Source: Perkinsus chesapeaki ATCC PRA-425
Lineage: Eukaryota; Protista; Perkinsozoa
Reading direction: 5' to 3'
Assembly (NCBI GenBank): GCA_013115145.1
Contig: JAAPAO010000077.1
Span: 25,057-89,056, forward strand
DNA: 64,000 nt
Shown: positions 23,236 through 35,366 of the stretch, piece by piece
Numbering within the stretch: position 1 is the stretch's first letter
Layout of the letters: each line of letters begins with the position of its first letter
Program-made: the position numbers and the translations under genes
The notes under the pieces: generated by a model
Databases searched by the model: none
Told to the model about the DNA's origin: nothing
Seen by the model: the letters and a program-made list of their open reading frames with translations, nothing else

Positions 23236-24600
23236 ATATGTCGATACTACTGTTTGATGTTAATTTAATGCTAATCATTATATTATTCCTATTATACTTA
23301 CGTTTGCGAATCTCATACGGCCGATTCCGAGAGCTGTCGACATCCGTAATTGTTGGTGAGATATATGATGGAGTTCTTTCAAAAATATCATTCCTCCAGG
23401 GTCACCCTGTAGTGACTCAATTTCAAATAATAATCTTTTTGTACAGTAGAACTTCACTCCATCACCCGTCAACTCGTCGAACGCGTTCTTTATGTTCTCA
23501 GATCCTTTATTCGGTCCTAGTGTGCTCGATTGGCTGCATCAATTCGGGTCGCCGAGCCAGGACTCCTATGGGCCGAAAGTTGGCACCATTGACGCCGTTC
23601 TTGGCCAATAACCTCACCAGCCTTGCCAACACAATACTCAGGTCAGGCACAGGCATGCATCGACACAATTTCTGTCTCCCTCAGTTTTACAGCAGTATCA
23701 GTCTTTGCCATACAGCTCAGATCTGACGGAGCAACCATCAGTTCACCCCGGCTAGTTGCAGGACCTTTAATAGAGTATCTTTCCATCGCCTACGTTCTTA
23801 ATCGAGCTTGCTCCCTCCAGACACACCTCTATATTCTACATTGCTTTTGCAGCTTATTGTGTTTACGATATGCTCTGGGTTATCTTCCTCCAGCCCAGCA
23901 TCGATAAGGTTCGTCACTATCATAATACACTAATTACATCTCAATTCTAGGTCATGCTCGGCCATCATCTTTTATTTTTTGCGGTCGTATGGCTTCTCTA
24001 CGCTGAAGAGGTTTTCCCCCTACTAGCAGCCACGCTACTATTACAGGTAGTCCTCCTCCTGCTTTACCTCATATCAGCTCCGCCTCAGGAAGCATCTGGG
24101 CCTTTCGTTTGTATGTTGCATGTCCTAAGAGAAATAGGCATCACCAAAGGGAAGCTCTATACTGCTAATGGCGTCACAATGACCATCACCTTCGGTGTTT
24201 TCAGAGGTACATTATCACCCCTCCACATGTATGTTGAATTTCTCCCCTCAGTGTTGCTCCCATTGCTCTCCATAATACACGTCTTTGTACATTGGCACAG
24301 TTCTGGTATCAACAACCGAATCAATTGGCGGATAATACTTTGCATCACCCTTATCAATGCCGGATATTGTTTGCAGCTTTATTGGTTTGGAAAGATTGTA
24401 AGAGCACCTATATAGGCTCGTCACAACTACTGCTCAGATTCGGGGCCTCATCAAACACGTCATCGACGCGCCTTCTGTTATGTCCGAAAATGGGGAAGAC
24501 GACCTCGAAGATGCCAAACCATTTCTTGAGGACAAAGTAAGTGGCGCTATCAATCAGTATGATATAGTTTGCCCATCAGGTCCGGCAAGATAGAAAGTCG
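23236..24600 (+). CDS. TLC (TRAM/LAG1/CLN8) domain membrane protein, spliced
   Basis: Hydrophobic exons with TLC-type motifs MLGHH, EASGPF, FGVFR and LQLYWFGKI. Ends approximate. Confidence 0.65.
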
Positions 24601-26088
24601 TCGAGTAGTTCATCCTATAACCCGAGACTCAGCGCACGATCGGCTGGCGATGCTGCTGCTGGCACTGGTTGACATGTCATTTATATTAGTTGTCAAACAT
24701 CACATGTGTGTCTAGTTGAAAGATAGTGAAACCGTACACGCTGAATCGTGCCTCTTTTGAGGGAACCTTCCAACACTTCCTTACCATTTCGGTACGGAGA
24801 CCTTGGAAACGGGCCGTCACTTGTCTGGCTATGATGCCAATGGCATCATGCCGTAGTCTAGCTGCGCAAACTGCTTAATTAGATTATCTAGGCGCATCTT
24901 TCCGAGGTGGTCACTGCACGCTTCAACTTGTAGTGTGCACGCTGTTGTGGATTCTGCTAGCCTGCCTTGTACGATCATAGCACACATACTTGCCATAGAT
25001 GGCTTTGTTGATACTCTTTATTGATGCGTGTTGTTATGCCGACTCGCCCGGCGGCTGATAAAAAGCCGAGCAAGGCAAGCGTGCTTGGCACTAGTCGATT
25101 CACAATGCCAAAACTCATACCGCAAAGTCGTTGGGTCCTTTGAAGCCGTTGCGTTCTGGTAGTTGTACACAGGCCCTTGTATGCGTAAGTGAGTTCCACT
25201 AGGATCCTTGAGTGAACCATACAGTGTCAATAACAGTATAGATATTAATCTCTCATTCGAAAGCTGCACATAGTACAGATAGTCTAACTAAGCCTTCTTC
25301 GGCGTTGGACTATAAACTCACACACACATACACCGCAAAGTCACTAACTATCTTGACCAGCAAATACAATGCAGCACTGATTTGCTGTAGTAACGATCAG
25401 GTTGAGCGTCAACCGGAAACTGTAGAGGGAACAATGTTTCCTTATGACCATAGTCTGGTATAATGGCCGAACACAGATGGTCAATGAGCTTTGGTACTAC
25501 TCTAATAGAGTGCCCAGTGACTTGTGGTAGTGATCCTTCTCTACTTGTGAGTTGTCGCTGAGATTAGCTTAAACTTAATATACGAATCGAATGATGTGCA
25601 CACATGAGAGTTGAAACAGCAAGAATATCGAAAGCCAACAGCATCGGAGTTCGCAACTCAGCTCAAAGCCGTCCACTATTTCTGAAAAAAGATCACACGC
25701 CTATATCGGAAGTGTATGGGTATTCAGTGTTACAGTGGGCTTCGTTATATAACCTATTACGCGGGTACGCGTGCCGCAGTCTACCGTAGTGAGAGACGGG
25801 ATGTGACTCAAGTCAGCTAGACGTCGCTGTGTCGCATTTTGAGACATAATCATTAACACCGCTAACTCAGCATCGAGTCGCAGTTTATTAGACTTAGGAA
25901 TCTCATCTGAAGATGGATCATTAGTAGTATGGTAATAGCACTATAATCCCTTCGATATTGATGTCTAGTAAGGTGATACTGTGAAGCTTATAAAGCCCAT
26001 ATAACGGATTGATGTTGTCTCATAAAGCAAACGGTTGACAGTTGACGGCACTCGAGACTCAAGTGCATCCAAGCTCGTCTTCGGTCCT

Positions 26089-27709
26089 TCATAGCTTAGG
26101 TAACCCGGCGAGGACCATGCGGTCTATACCGCATTCGGTGAGTCCTATCTTGAAGAGGCCATGATCGCCCCAATCTTCATTCCAAGAATTGACAACCAGC
26201 CAGTAGTCTTCACCGTTCTCGTTGCCCCAACCAATTATCTTCACAGCATGTCCTCCGAGCGCGTTTCCAGAAGTGTACTTGTAGACACCAGACTTGTAGG
26301 CTAGGAAATCTTCATAAACGGTGAAAGCCGCAGATACCTGACAAACGACACGACAGCCATTCTGCAGCATTCCAAGTAAAGGAAACCCTTCGAGAACCAG
26401 CCTATGGTAGCAGCTACCGGGCCATTGGTCATAATCTCCTTCTTGATGCTGCTGGTGAAGAAGAAATAGCTCGGGAGAAAGCTGCTGGTGTGATGGCGGT
26501 CCCTTCATAAATAAGCTTCACCCGTGATAGCTGGACTGGTTTACTTGTCCAAATCCGTTGTATACTTTTTATTCGGGCAAGTGCCTTCGCATCTCGGTGT
26601 CTTGTACGGATCCTGGCGGCAGAATAAGCGAGGTTATTATAAAGTATCTTTACCTTAGGACAGGCGGGGTACTCAGAGCTATTCACGTGGTGAGCACACT
26701 TGGGGAAGTTGTATGGCCAGCAGCCATCATCTTTAGTCATTTCGTCTTTCTTAATAAAGTCTCCACCTATATTATGACAGTATCACTAAAAAGTGAGAGG
26801 AGCGCACCTGATACGACTCCAGTTGTATATAACCACATCCACGCAAATAATGGATTGCCACCAGAGCACCCGAAAGAACTGAGACAACACGAAGTGTTAT
26901 GCTACAGTTCTGAGGGTATTGAGCCTCCCTCGCGAGGGACTTACAGACAGCCATGGAATAGGCTACAACAGCCGAGCATATCTCCAGGAGAGAGCAGGGT
27001 TGTAATCGTTGCATTCGACTTGATGCATACCCTATCATTGAAGGCCTCAGTTGTGCCGAATGCCCAACAGCTACCACAGTCGGACTGGTCCCTGAAAAAA
27101 GCTCTTGCGCATGAAGTGAAAATCCACTGACACACCTGACATGTCCGATGACCTTCTCACATCCTTTGAAACCCTCACGGGCATCAAAGCTACCGGGCAA
27201 AGTCTTTAGCTCTTCCTCTGGATAAATAACCTCTTCGAGAGTCTCTGTTATGTTCATAAATGTGCCGCATAGCCTTTTGGCGTCGCCAAGCGTGGAACCT
27301 AGGATGAAACCCGTTGGAAAAGGTGGGGCCCAGTCGAAGGCACCTTTGAATCTTTCCTGGTCAACTGAGGCCGTCCAGGTATTCTGCTTGGAGTTGATCT
27401 GGTTGACGAGGCTCTGCATAATGGCTGGTCTGGTATCATCAAAGATCTCAAGTAGCTCGGTCCTCGAGAGGTCCTCGGCCTGCACTTCCAGCTCCTCTTC
27501 GAAACGGGCGAAGTGTTGGGCTTCTTCATCGATAGTATAAACCAGGCCTAATAGTATCCACTGGAGTTCGGAGGCTCTTGTATGGGAACCTTACCCTTGT
27601 TAGCTTTCAAATCACTGAAGGCAGATTTCAGATCTCTCGGCTTAGTTGCCAGCATCACATAAGGCAAGCACAGTAGCACAGCGAATACGAGCAGATGGCC
27701 GAAATTCAT
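26089..27709 (-). CDS. Cathepsin B-like cysteine protease (papain family C1A), spliced
   Basis: Signal peptide [13 protein letters not shown]; catalytic [11 protein letters not shown]; occluding-loop KCAHHV; [11 protein letters not shown]; [13 protein letters not shown]. Confidence 0.95.
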
Positions 27710-28104
27710 TTGCTCGTTAACTAGACTCCTACCTGTCCAATAACGCTCGAGCCAAAGCTGAAGCGCGGTCGAAGATAGGTTTGAGGCGAGGAATCCGAGC
27801 TGTGGTACAGCTGCTGTACGCATCTTTGCGACGCGGTACTAAATCTTTCTATCATGGCTTGCGAGTATATCTGGGCTACTACCCTCAGGGAGTCTGAGTA
27901 GTCCTATACTGATAGAACTACAAAAGATAAGCTCGGCCTTTCTGCTGGCTTTCTAGCGTACCATACCTTGAACCCCGGGCTACGACTGACCTGGCTACAG
28001 TACCAGAAAGTTCGTACGTGTGCATTGCGTCTCTGGGTATCGTGTGATGCACCATTCAATGACTTGTTACAAAGATCCCGCGTGACGAAGACTGACATTA
28101 AACT

Positions 28105-28129
28105 TCTGAGTCAGAAATTCTGACTCAGA
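28105..28129. promoter_or_regulatory. Intergenic inverted repeat TCTGAGTCAGAA-A-TTCTGACTCAGA (two AP-1-like TGASTCA sites)
   Basis: Perfect 12-bp arms, 1-nt spacer, ~400 bp upstream of cathepsin B. Confidence 0.5.
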
Positions 28130-29141
28130 CACACGGGGACATTTTTAGCGCGAGCGCGCGCTTGATAGGGGTCGGGCTCGATAATGTGATATAGATTGAG
28201 AAGGCACGTGGCAGATGATACAGCAAATGGTCATGATTGCTCCATTGTACCGGATACAGTGTACTCTTGTTTATCACGCATATGCCCCTCTCATTGCCAC
28301 ACCTCCGAGGTATTGAGTTAGCATTTGACGACTCTAAAATGGGATATGATGTTCAACATTAACACATTCAACCTCGACCTATTTCGCACTTCAAAGGGTT
28401 GGCGTGATAGCTAATCTCGAGCTAGGGCTCATTGGTTCCACCTTTCACCGGTTGCTTCTTCGACAGTTTGAAGGCAAAGTTGCTCGCTTTCTTTTCCGTT
28501 TACTAAAGTTGACTGCCCCCAAGGAAATTGCTCACTTGGTCATATTCAAGGCTGTAACCATAGCATTAACGGAACCTTCGTCTCAATCGCTACGCCTAGT
28601 CTTTCAGGTGCTTCCAAGCGACACCCTCAGTCTCTACGATACATTATATTCGTGAAGTTTTTGCTTCTCCCACGAACCTTAAAGTAGTGCTGCCTTCGCG
28701 TATGGCTTCCCAAAGGAGAGTTAGGCTACTCGTTTTGTAGTTGGATCCTGAGTCGCTGGAGTGTAAACTGAGTGCTAGTAAGCCAAAGAGTCCAGGAGGG
28801 TTCCTGAGACGGTTGCCAGTGTGGTTTACTGGTTTCCTGTCCTTTGCGAGCCTGCACTATTGGCACAGCAGTGCTCATCGAGCCTGTTGGCAACTGTTGC
28901 CCTAGGGAAGGCATCGCCCTTCTCGAAGCGCGACCAATACCGGGTTCTTGGCATATTTCGAATTGATCACTCATCCCTCGGGGATGACAATTCCTCAGTC
29001 CTTTTCAAAGCAAGTCCGATGAGCACTCCTGAGCCAGGGATCCTGACGTCACTCCCTGCCTTGTATGATAACGCGTTCTCGAGCTTTCTCGAGCTCAACT
29101 TGGAGATACGCAACACTGCTACACTAGTGGGAAACCGCTCA

Positions 29142-30353
29142 TCACTTTCTGCCTTGCACTTCATTAAATATTTGATCCAGAAAAAACAGCATAAATTGAT
29201 GTCTTTCTTCGGCGATCTCTCGCCCAGTTTTGGTCTTCATGGTGCCCTTCAAGTGCAATAATTTCTCATAGAAGTGTGCTATTGCTGTTGGGCTTCCTTC
29301 AGCGTATCTGATACCATAAGGGAGGATACTGCCTGCATTACCGTGACAAACGGATACGTAACAGTCAAGCTTCTTAAATTGATCAAGATGAGATTTTTAG
29401 GCATCCTGTAGACTCGATGTCATCTCACGTAATCATTGTCAGGTAGTAATACGCTCCCAAAGAGGGAGCAATGCTTTTTCGAAAATCGACACTGATTGCT
29501 AAGCCCCATCTAGGATTAAGGATGTACCCTCAAAGGCAGCGAATCCCGAGTTGCAGCAACGTCAACGTCTCCCTATCAAACTTCCTATTGGCAGGATTTC
29601 CCCATTTTAATCGATACAATACAATCCCTTCCCGCCCGACCTCACTTGGCAGCGGTAGGTCTGGTGCTCTCAGGATCACCCTCAAACTCTGTCCGTAGTT
29701 GCATCTCCTGCTTGGCTCCTTCAGATATTATCATCCTATCCTTCGCCCCAGAGTAAGCCATGCACCTTTAACCCATTACAGCACCTCCCCCTCGAACCAC
29801 TCTCACCGACAAACTCCAATCGCTCCTATAGCATCCAGTCTGTCCCCATCTTGCACAATCGCAATGTAAGGATCGCAGGCAGCAGCCTCGCCGCTCCTGC
29901 CGTTCTTCAACTCGGCAGAGTAGCTCATCTGGTCCGAAAGCTTCCGCAAGATTTCATAGAGAATCTTACGTTCTTAATTTTCGTTATAATAAACTCCGCC
30001 GTCGGTCTTGGAAAACCAACCGGAGCCTCCTCGAGCTTCTCTTGGACCTCCACGGCCTTCGCGTTTGGATCCTCGCAATACTTCCGATCGAATGAATCGT
30101 GTAAGTAAGCAATGCAGAGAAGCAGATTCAGATCAACTCCCGCAGAGATCTGCGAACGTTGCCTATGTCAAATGAGAAGAGCAGATGGCTGCTGCACCTG
30201 GTCTCTGAGATAGATAGTCTTGACGGTGGCAACAACCCTTTCTATGTGGGCCATGTCATGAGACGAATCACATTCCTCCATCCATTTTGTAACCAGTTGC
30301 TTAACTAGTTCAACTTGAGTATCGGTAGCGCTTACTGGTTGATGAGAGCTCAT
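29142..30353 (-). CDS. HD-domain metal-dependent phosphohydrolase, spliced
   Basis: DSSHDMAHIERV, IAYLHDSFDRKY, IVQDGDRLDAIGAIG, HFYEKLLHLK..MKTKLG..IAEERHQFM. Confidence 0.85.
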
Positions 30354-30460
30354 GGCGATGTGCTCAGTTAAATAGCAACTGCTGTGGATAGATCCTCCAG
30401 AAGTTTCTTCCCCAATTAACACTAACTTCACCCCAGCCTCATCGACGTTGAAACAATAAA

Positions 30461-31530
30461 TCAAGGTTTATTAGGTATTCCCTCATCAGAGCTCCGCACG
30501 GGTATGCCATGTCTAGCCGCAAACATACCCCCGAACCCCTTCTTGGCCGCTTTGTCCATTTTGAACTTGGACATTCGCTTAGGCTGCACCTCCTCGCTCT
30601 TAACATTTCCTTCGCCATGCTCAGTAACAACACCCGTAAAAGCTTTTGTTCGCCGTGGGAGTTCCTCGTTATCTCCTACAGTCGGTTTCGATCGTACAAA
30701 TGCCTTTTTAACTTCCTCTTCGTCGTGATCCGGCTCGCCATACAGCGGTGCCTTCTCCATCACATCAGCCCACCACTTAACCATTTCCGATCGTTTGGTT
30801 TCGAGATCTTCGTCGTCGATGAGCACCTTGTTCGGAGTGGCCACTTGAGGGGCCTTCGGAGCTTCCTCCTCTTCTATCTTCTCTTCAATGTCAATTATCT
30901 TGTCTCCGTCCTCGTTGGTTGCTCTGAGCGACAACGAGTGAAAGCTACTCCACGAAATCAAACAACAATTTAAGTACTATCCCATAAGATTCATAATAGG
31001 TTGATTCAATGACCTCTAAACGCACAACTGTCAGCTGTTTCCCAAATTTTTACACTGTAAATGCGCTTATCAAGCCTATTAATTGGCAGACCTAACTCGG
31101 AGCTAATTCATTATCCCATTCATCCGTATTTGGACGCCTCTTTAAAGCATCTTACTTTTCTTTCGGTAACTGCTTTAACATCTCCAACAGTTGCCTGAGC
31201 CGTTGAGCCTGTTGCTCCTTTGTCATCGGAGCTTCCTTATTATCCTCCGACGAAGGTCGTGCTGTGGCTGAATTGAAGTATCGTTGAGGTGATGTTCCGC
31301 TATAGGAAGGCATTATAAGAGAGAAATGTTATTCAAGTTACGGGTCTACTGGAAAATTAAATTACAGTAAAAATACCTGAGCCGGGGATCGAACCTGGGA
31401 CCTACCAAAATGCTATGGAAATTCTCTAAAGGCATTCGTTTGCACCTTAAATGCGTCATAGAAAGTACGAGAATCGTCGAGGAGGTGGTCGGCTCGGACG
31501 ACACCGGAAAGTCACCAAATTCGCCGACCA
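30461..31530 (-). CDS. Hypothetical acidic/charged protein, spliced
   Basis: Long exon 30461-30960 (DGDKIIDIEEKIEEEE...KRMSKFK) plus upstream exons. Function not assignable. Confidence 0.45.
31369..31405 (-). pseudogene. tRNA 3'-end fragment at an exon/intron region of a hypothetical gene
   Basis: GTAGGTC CCAGG TTCGATC CCCGG CTCAGGT A TTTTT. Confidence 0.65.
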
Positions 31531-31780
31531 AAGGTGAGCCTGTTGCAACTAAATTTTGAATATCGTAATTTCCTTATCAAATGTTTTCCCTTTATTTTCC
31601 TTCCACCTGTAAGTATCACCATTATCTGTTAATCATTCATCAGTTAATATTTACTAATCATCGTAATATAGGGGCTCATAAAAGGACAACAAAAACCAAT
31701 ACGGAAGTCCGCAAAATTTTATTCCGATTGTTCAAACTATTTTCCGGCATCTGGTTCTCTGGCGACTTTTTGTTATTTTC

Positions 31781-32455
31781 AGAACCCCTTTGGCGAAGGA
31801 CTTCGAAGGAAGAAATGAAGCGCCCAAGAAGGACGATGAAGATCTTATCTTGCCCAACAAAGACGTTGAAGAGGCGGCCACTGAGGGGGAGAGAGCAGAG
31901 GCGAAGGTGACCGAGGGAAAGAAGCTTACTAATAGAGAGAAGCATGCATTGATGAAACAAAAGAACGATGAGAGAAGGAAGAAACAAGGAAAGCCGGTCA
32001 GCACTAAAGTCGGCGATAAGAAGAAGATACAAAGTGACGACGGCGAGACCGGCAAAAGAAAGCGCGGCGAGTTTGGTCCTGATTATGATGAAGACGGGGT
32101 GCCAAGTTTGATGAAACCCTTGGTTCTACCTAAGATACCCCGGTTGGAGGACGTACTTGCCAACATGGAAGCGATGCGTAGTGAAGAAAAGAAGGAGGAG
32201 GAGAATGACGAAAATAAGGATGAAAGTGATGATGAGGAGCCCGTCACCGAGAGGCCTGCATTCGGTGACGTCATTGAAGCACCTCCAGTGTTCTCTAAAA
32301 AGGCCGCTTCGGTCGGTCAGAAGGCAGCGAAACACAGCAATGATGCAGCCAGCAAGAGTGCTGTCATTCAAGGTGTCACTGGGTGGCGACGACAAGTGAA
32401 GGGGAAGTCTTTGGAATCTTTGGTTAAGTCGGTTGAAGCAAGATATGAACATTAA
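31781..32455 (+). CDS. Lys/Glu-rich coiled-coil protein (last exon; true start upstream)
   Basis: 221-codon ORF preceded by an AG acceptor; charged composition with FGDVIEAPP motif. Confidence 0.55.
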   Translation, partial: RTPLAKDFEGRNEAPKKDDEDLILPNKDVEEAATEGERAEAKVTEGKKLTNREKHALMKQKNDERRKKQGKPVSTKVGDKKKIQSDDGETGKRKRGEFGPDYDEDGVPSLMKPLVLPKIPRLEDVLANMEAMRSEEKKEEENDENKDESDDEEPVTERPAFGDVIEAPPVFSKKAASVGQKAAKHSNDAASKSAVIQGVTGWRRQVKGKSLESLVKSVEARYEH

Positions 32456-32569
32456 CGACGATTACTCCACGTAAAACTGTTTCTATTCTTATTTTAGCTT
32501 TTGTGTGGTAATCTACGAGGTGCATGAACCAACCTCCGGAGTATCTTCCACAATAGACCTTAAGATCTC

Positions 32570-33330
32570 ATGACGATCACAGCAATGAATGACCGGCGTC
32601 GGCCCTGCGTGCCGGCTGGGGACGAGCCTCCCTATTACAAGAAAGTTGTGCCGTACCTGCCTCAATGGCCACATTTACATTTCAAAGTGCATCTCACTAA
32701 AGGGATGAGCTGGATGAAAGGCAACGGAAATAAAGTCGTTTATGAAGATAGAAGAAACAGGCTGAATGAACCAACAGTTGCTGAGCAGGTTAGGAGTATC
32801 TTGAGGTTGACCGAGGAAGATACTAATGAGGTCGAGATGACGAAAGCGGAGGCGGTCAGTAAAGCTACTTCGAATTGATTGTATTCCTATTCCAGCAGGT
32901 CCAGCCACCAAGCCCACAGTCGGTCTATTTCGATTTCTGTGAGTTCCCCGAAGATGACGTCAGTCCGGCGCCTCCCGGAAGAGTCCTCGAATTCAACTTT
33001 CACACATGGATGAAAATGAAGCTTGGTACACCAACCTGACCTCGAAAATGTCTTCACAGCATATCTTTTTCAGACGCTGAGATCCTGCTTGAGATCATAG
33101 CAACATCGACCCCTCCCGCTGCCACTCGCCGACGGTCCTCCTTGGCCAGAACGCTCAGCGCGCCCGAGCTGGATATTACCCCAGTCCAGAGGCTTCCTTG
33201 GAGATGCTCCGTCCTCCAAAGAGTCTTTCGAACACGGACGGGTCGACCGGGCATTTGGAAGCAGCTCTCTCATAATGGTCAAATCTACACCTTGACATTG
33301 CCTGAATTCCTTCCACTTTTTCCGAGGTAA
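32570..33330 (+). CDS. Hypothetical protein, probably spliced
   Basis: ORF 32570-32878 with a plausible donor, plus a downstream ORF. No recognisable domain. Confidence 0.35.
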
Positions 33331-34042
33331 GTATCCTATTGGTTCTTTAATCTAGAGTTTTCTCAACAAGAGAACTCCACTCAGTCTTCACCTACTATCA
33401 TTATACCGTATCGCCACTGCACCACCATTGACGTGTGGCAAAGTGTGCGGAACTCGTCTACATGTGTTCGGGGTTTTAGAAAATTCCACGGCCTTCATAC
33501 ACCCTCAGGAATGGCGAACAGACATGAAGAAATTTTAGCAACCGGTAGAGGAAACCCACAAGTCACTAAGCCGCGATAGTCATGACAGTGAAATTCGGTT
33601 TCGTTAGTTCCAAGGTTTCGCCTGGTTCCATGGAGTTACTAGTGCGCCGAGAACGTACTGAAATTCGTGTAGACGAGGTGGCCGTAGGAAAATGTCAAAT
33701 GCGCTCCCCCTTGAGAAGATTATCGTATATTCCCTAAGACTGCCCTAATAATATTTCAGGACCTTCCTCCTTTTTTGGCCTTCTTCCACAACAACCAGCA
33801 TCATCGATCCTTTTGTTAAGCCTAAAGCCTGCAGCAGCTTCCGTGGCCTCACCTCAACAAGCAGCATATCTTCGTCACCGTTTGGATCGGCTCCTGCTCC
33901 TTTGGATTCTGACATTGAAGTCATGACCAATCTTACCAACCTTTTGGAACCTTCTCCATGAGCTCCGTCATGTCCTGTGTTGTTGCCTGATGCTCTTGTT
34001 GTGCTATGAGTTGGTCACAATCGTCCGGCCCAGTCAGTTCTG

Positions 34043-34532
34043 ATGTCTTCGGTAACAGCTGCCACTGTCGCCAACTTTTTATTTTCGGCGCTACTCGGTG
34101 TTGGCGGCGTAATTCCCTTTCCTGCTGTTCTGATTTAACTTCCTCTTCACCAGGTTGTCGGGTATCTCCAGGCTGGTTCGAGGGTCTCTCTCATTGCCGG
34201 CTCCCTCAGCTGCTTAGCTGTAAGGATCACGTATGTCGTCCAGTGGGACTCCTGTCAGGTCGGAGGTGTCGCCGTGGCCTCCAGACTTTTCCCGCAGCAT
34301 CGTAAAGGCCTTCAGAAAACTCAGTTGGTGTTGGCCAGTTTACTCACTTTGTTCTTTGTTAAAAGGCAAGTTGGTTCACGACACATTTCTGCAAATACTT
34401 TGTCTTTTAAGGTTACAGCAAACAGGCAAGTTCATGCCGGGCGGTCTGATGTCCCTAGTTGGGCTTACAGTATCGATGGTCACCGCTGCCGCACTCAAGA
34501 GCGAGAGGTCTCCAGATGATAAAAACGAGTGA
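34043..34532 (+). CDS. TMEM14-family small membrane protein, copy 1 (3 introns, one GC-AG)
   Basis: Spliced reading MSSVTAATVANFLFSALLGVGG|VVGYLQAGSRVSLIAGSLS...KR|LQQTGKFMPGGLM; matches the TMEM14 G-Y-x-x-x-G-S-x-x-S-L and KFMP motifs. Confidence 0.8.
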
Positions 34533-34621
34533 AAATATTCTATAGCTTTGTTTTTACCGCCCAAGTTGTATTTCGTTATCCCTTTTCACTGTGATGCTCA
34601 TCAGCCTATTTCCCCGGTATA

Positions 34622-35164
34622 ATGAGCGCTGTTGCCTTTGCATTCGACGAAGCCTTCTTCTACGCTCTCTTGTTGATCGTTGGCGGTGTAAGTCATACGT
34701 TGGCTTCTCGTTTGAGATAACTCCTATCAGGCTATCGGTTTCGTGCAGGCGAAGAGCAAGCCTTCCCTAATTGCCGGTACCATCTCTGGTGTTCTGGTAT
34801 TCGGCGCTGCTGAAGTTGGATCATCTTATGATAATCTTACTGGTTTGTTTTGCCTGGCTGCTATCGCTCTTATACTCACAGTCTTCTTCTATTCCAGGTG
34901 AGTCACTCACTAGCGGTCACATATTTTTGTGAAAAATTAGACTTTGTGTTTCCTGAAGTTTCCTTGTATTTGACGAAGAACGATTTCCACGTTGAGGCGG
35001 ACGTCCGCCTATCGTTTGTGAATATGGGTTTTCTGTTCATGTTGGCATCTCAATTTTATTTCTCTTTCAGGTATGTGAAGACTCGTAAGTTCATGCCGGG
35101 TGGTCTCATGTGCGTGATCAGCGCGCTCAGTTTTTGCATCTATTTCTACGCTGTTGTCGTTTAA
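34622..35164 (+). CDS. TMEM14-family small membrane protein, copy 2
   Basis: LLIVGG|AIGFVQAKSKPSLIAGTISG...SR|YVKTRKFMPGGLMCV. Confidence 0.85.
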
Positions 35165-35366
35165 GATGCTCATAACATTTTAATCATATTATCGTCTCAC
35201 TGTCCCTTTTTTGTGTTACTATCTAGTCAACTAAAAACAGCCGAATATCCGCACGAAACCGCACATTTCCGGGTAGAAAAGAGAGCGCCACATTAATACC
35301 GTCTCCCTCAAACACGCATTTCGAGCGGCACCGTAAAAATACGAAAGCGAGCCTTTTCACTGCTGC

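Noticed and set aside
33672-33684. GACGAGGTGGCCG matching the remembered 5' end of tRNA-Ser(GCT), suggesting split tRNA halves
   Set aside because: A 13-nt match only, with no D-loop continuation; no complementary 5' halves were found for the 3' fragments.
33940-34300. Long open frame on the minus strand
   Set aside because: Antisense shadow of the TMEM14 copy 1 exons.
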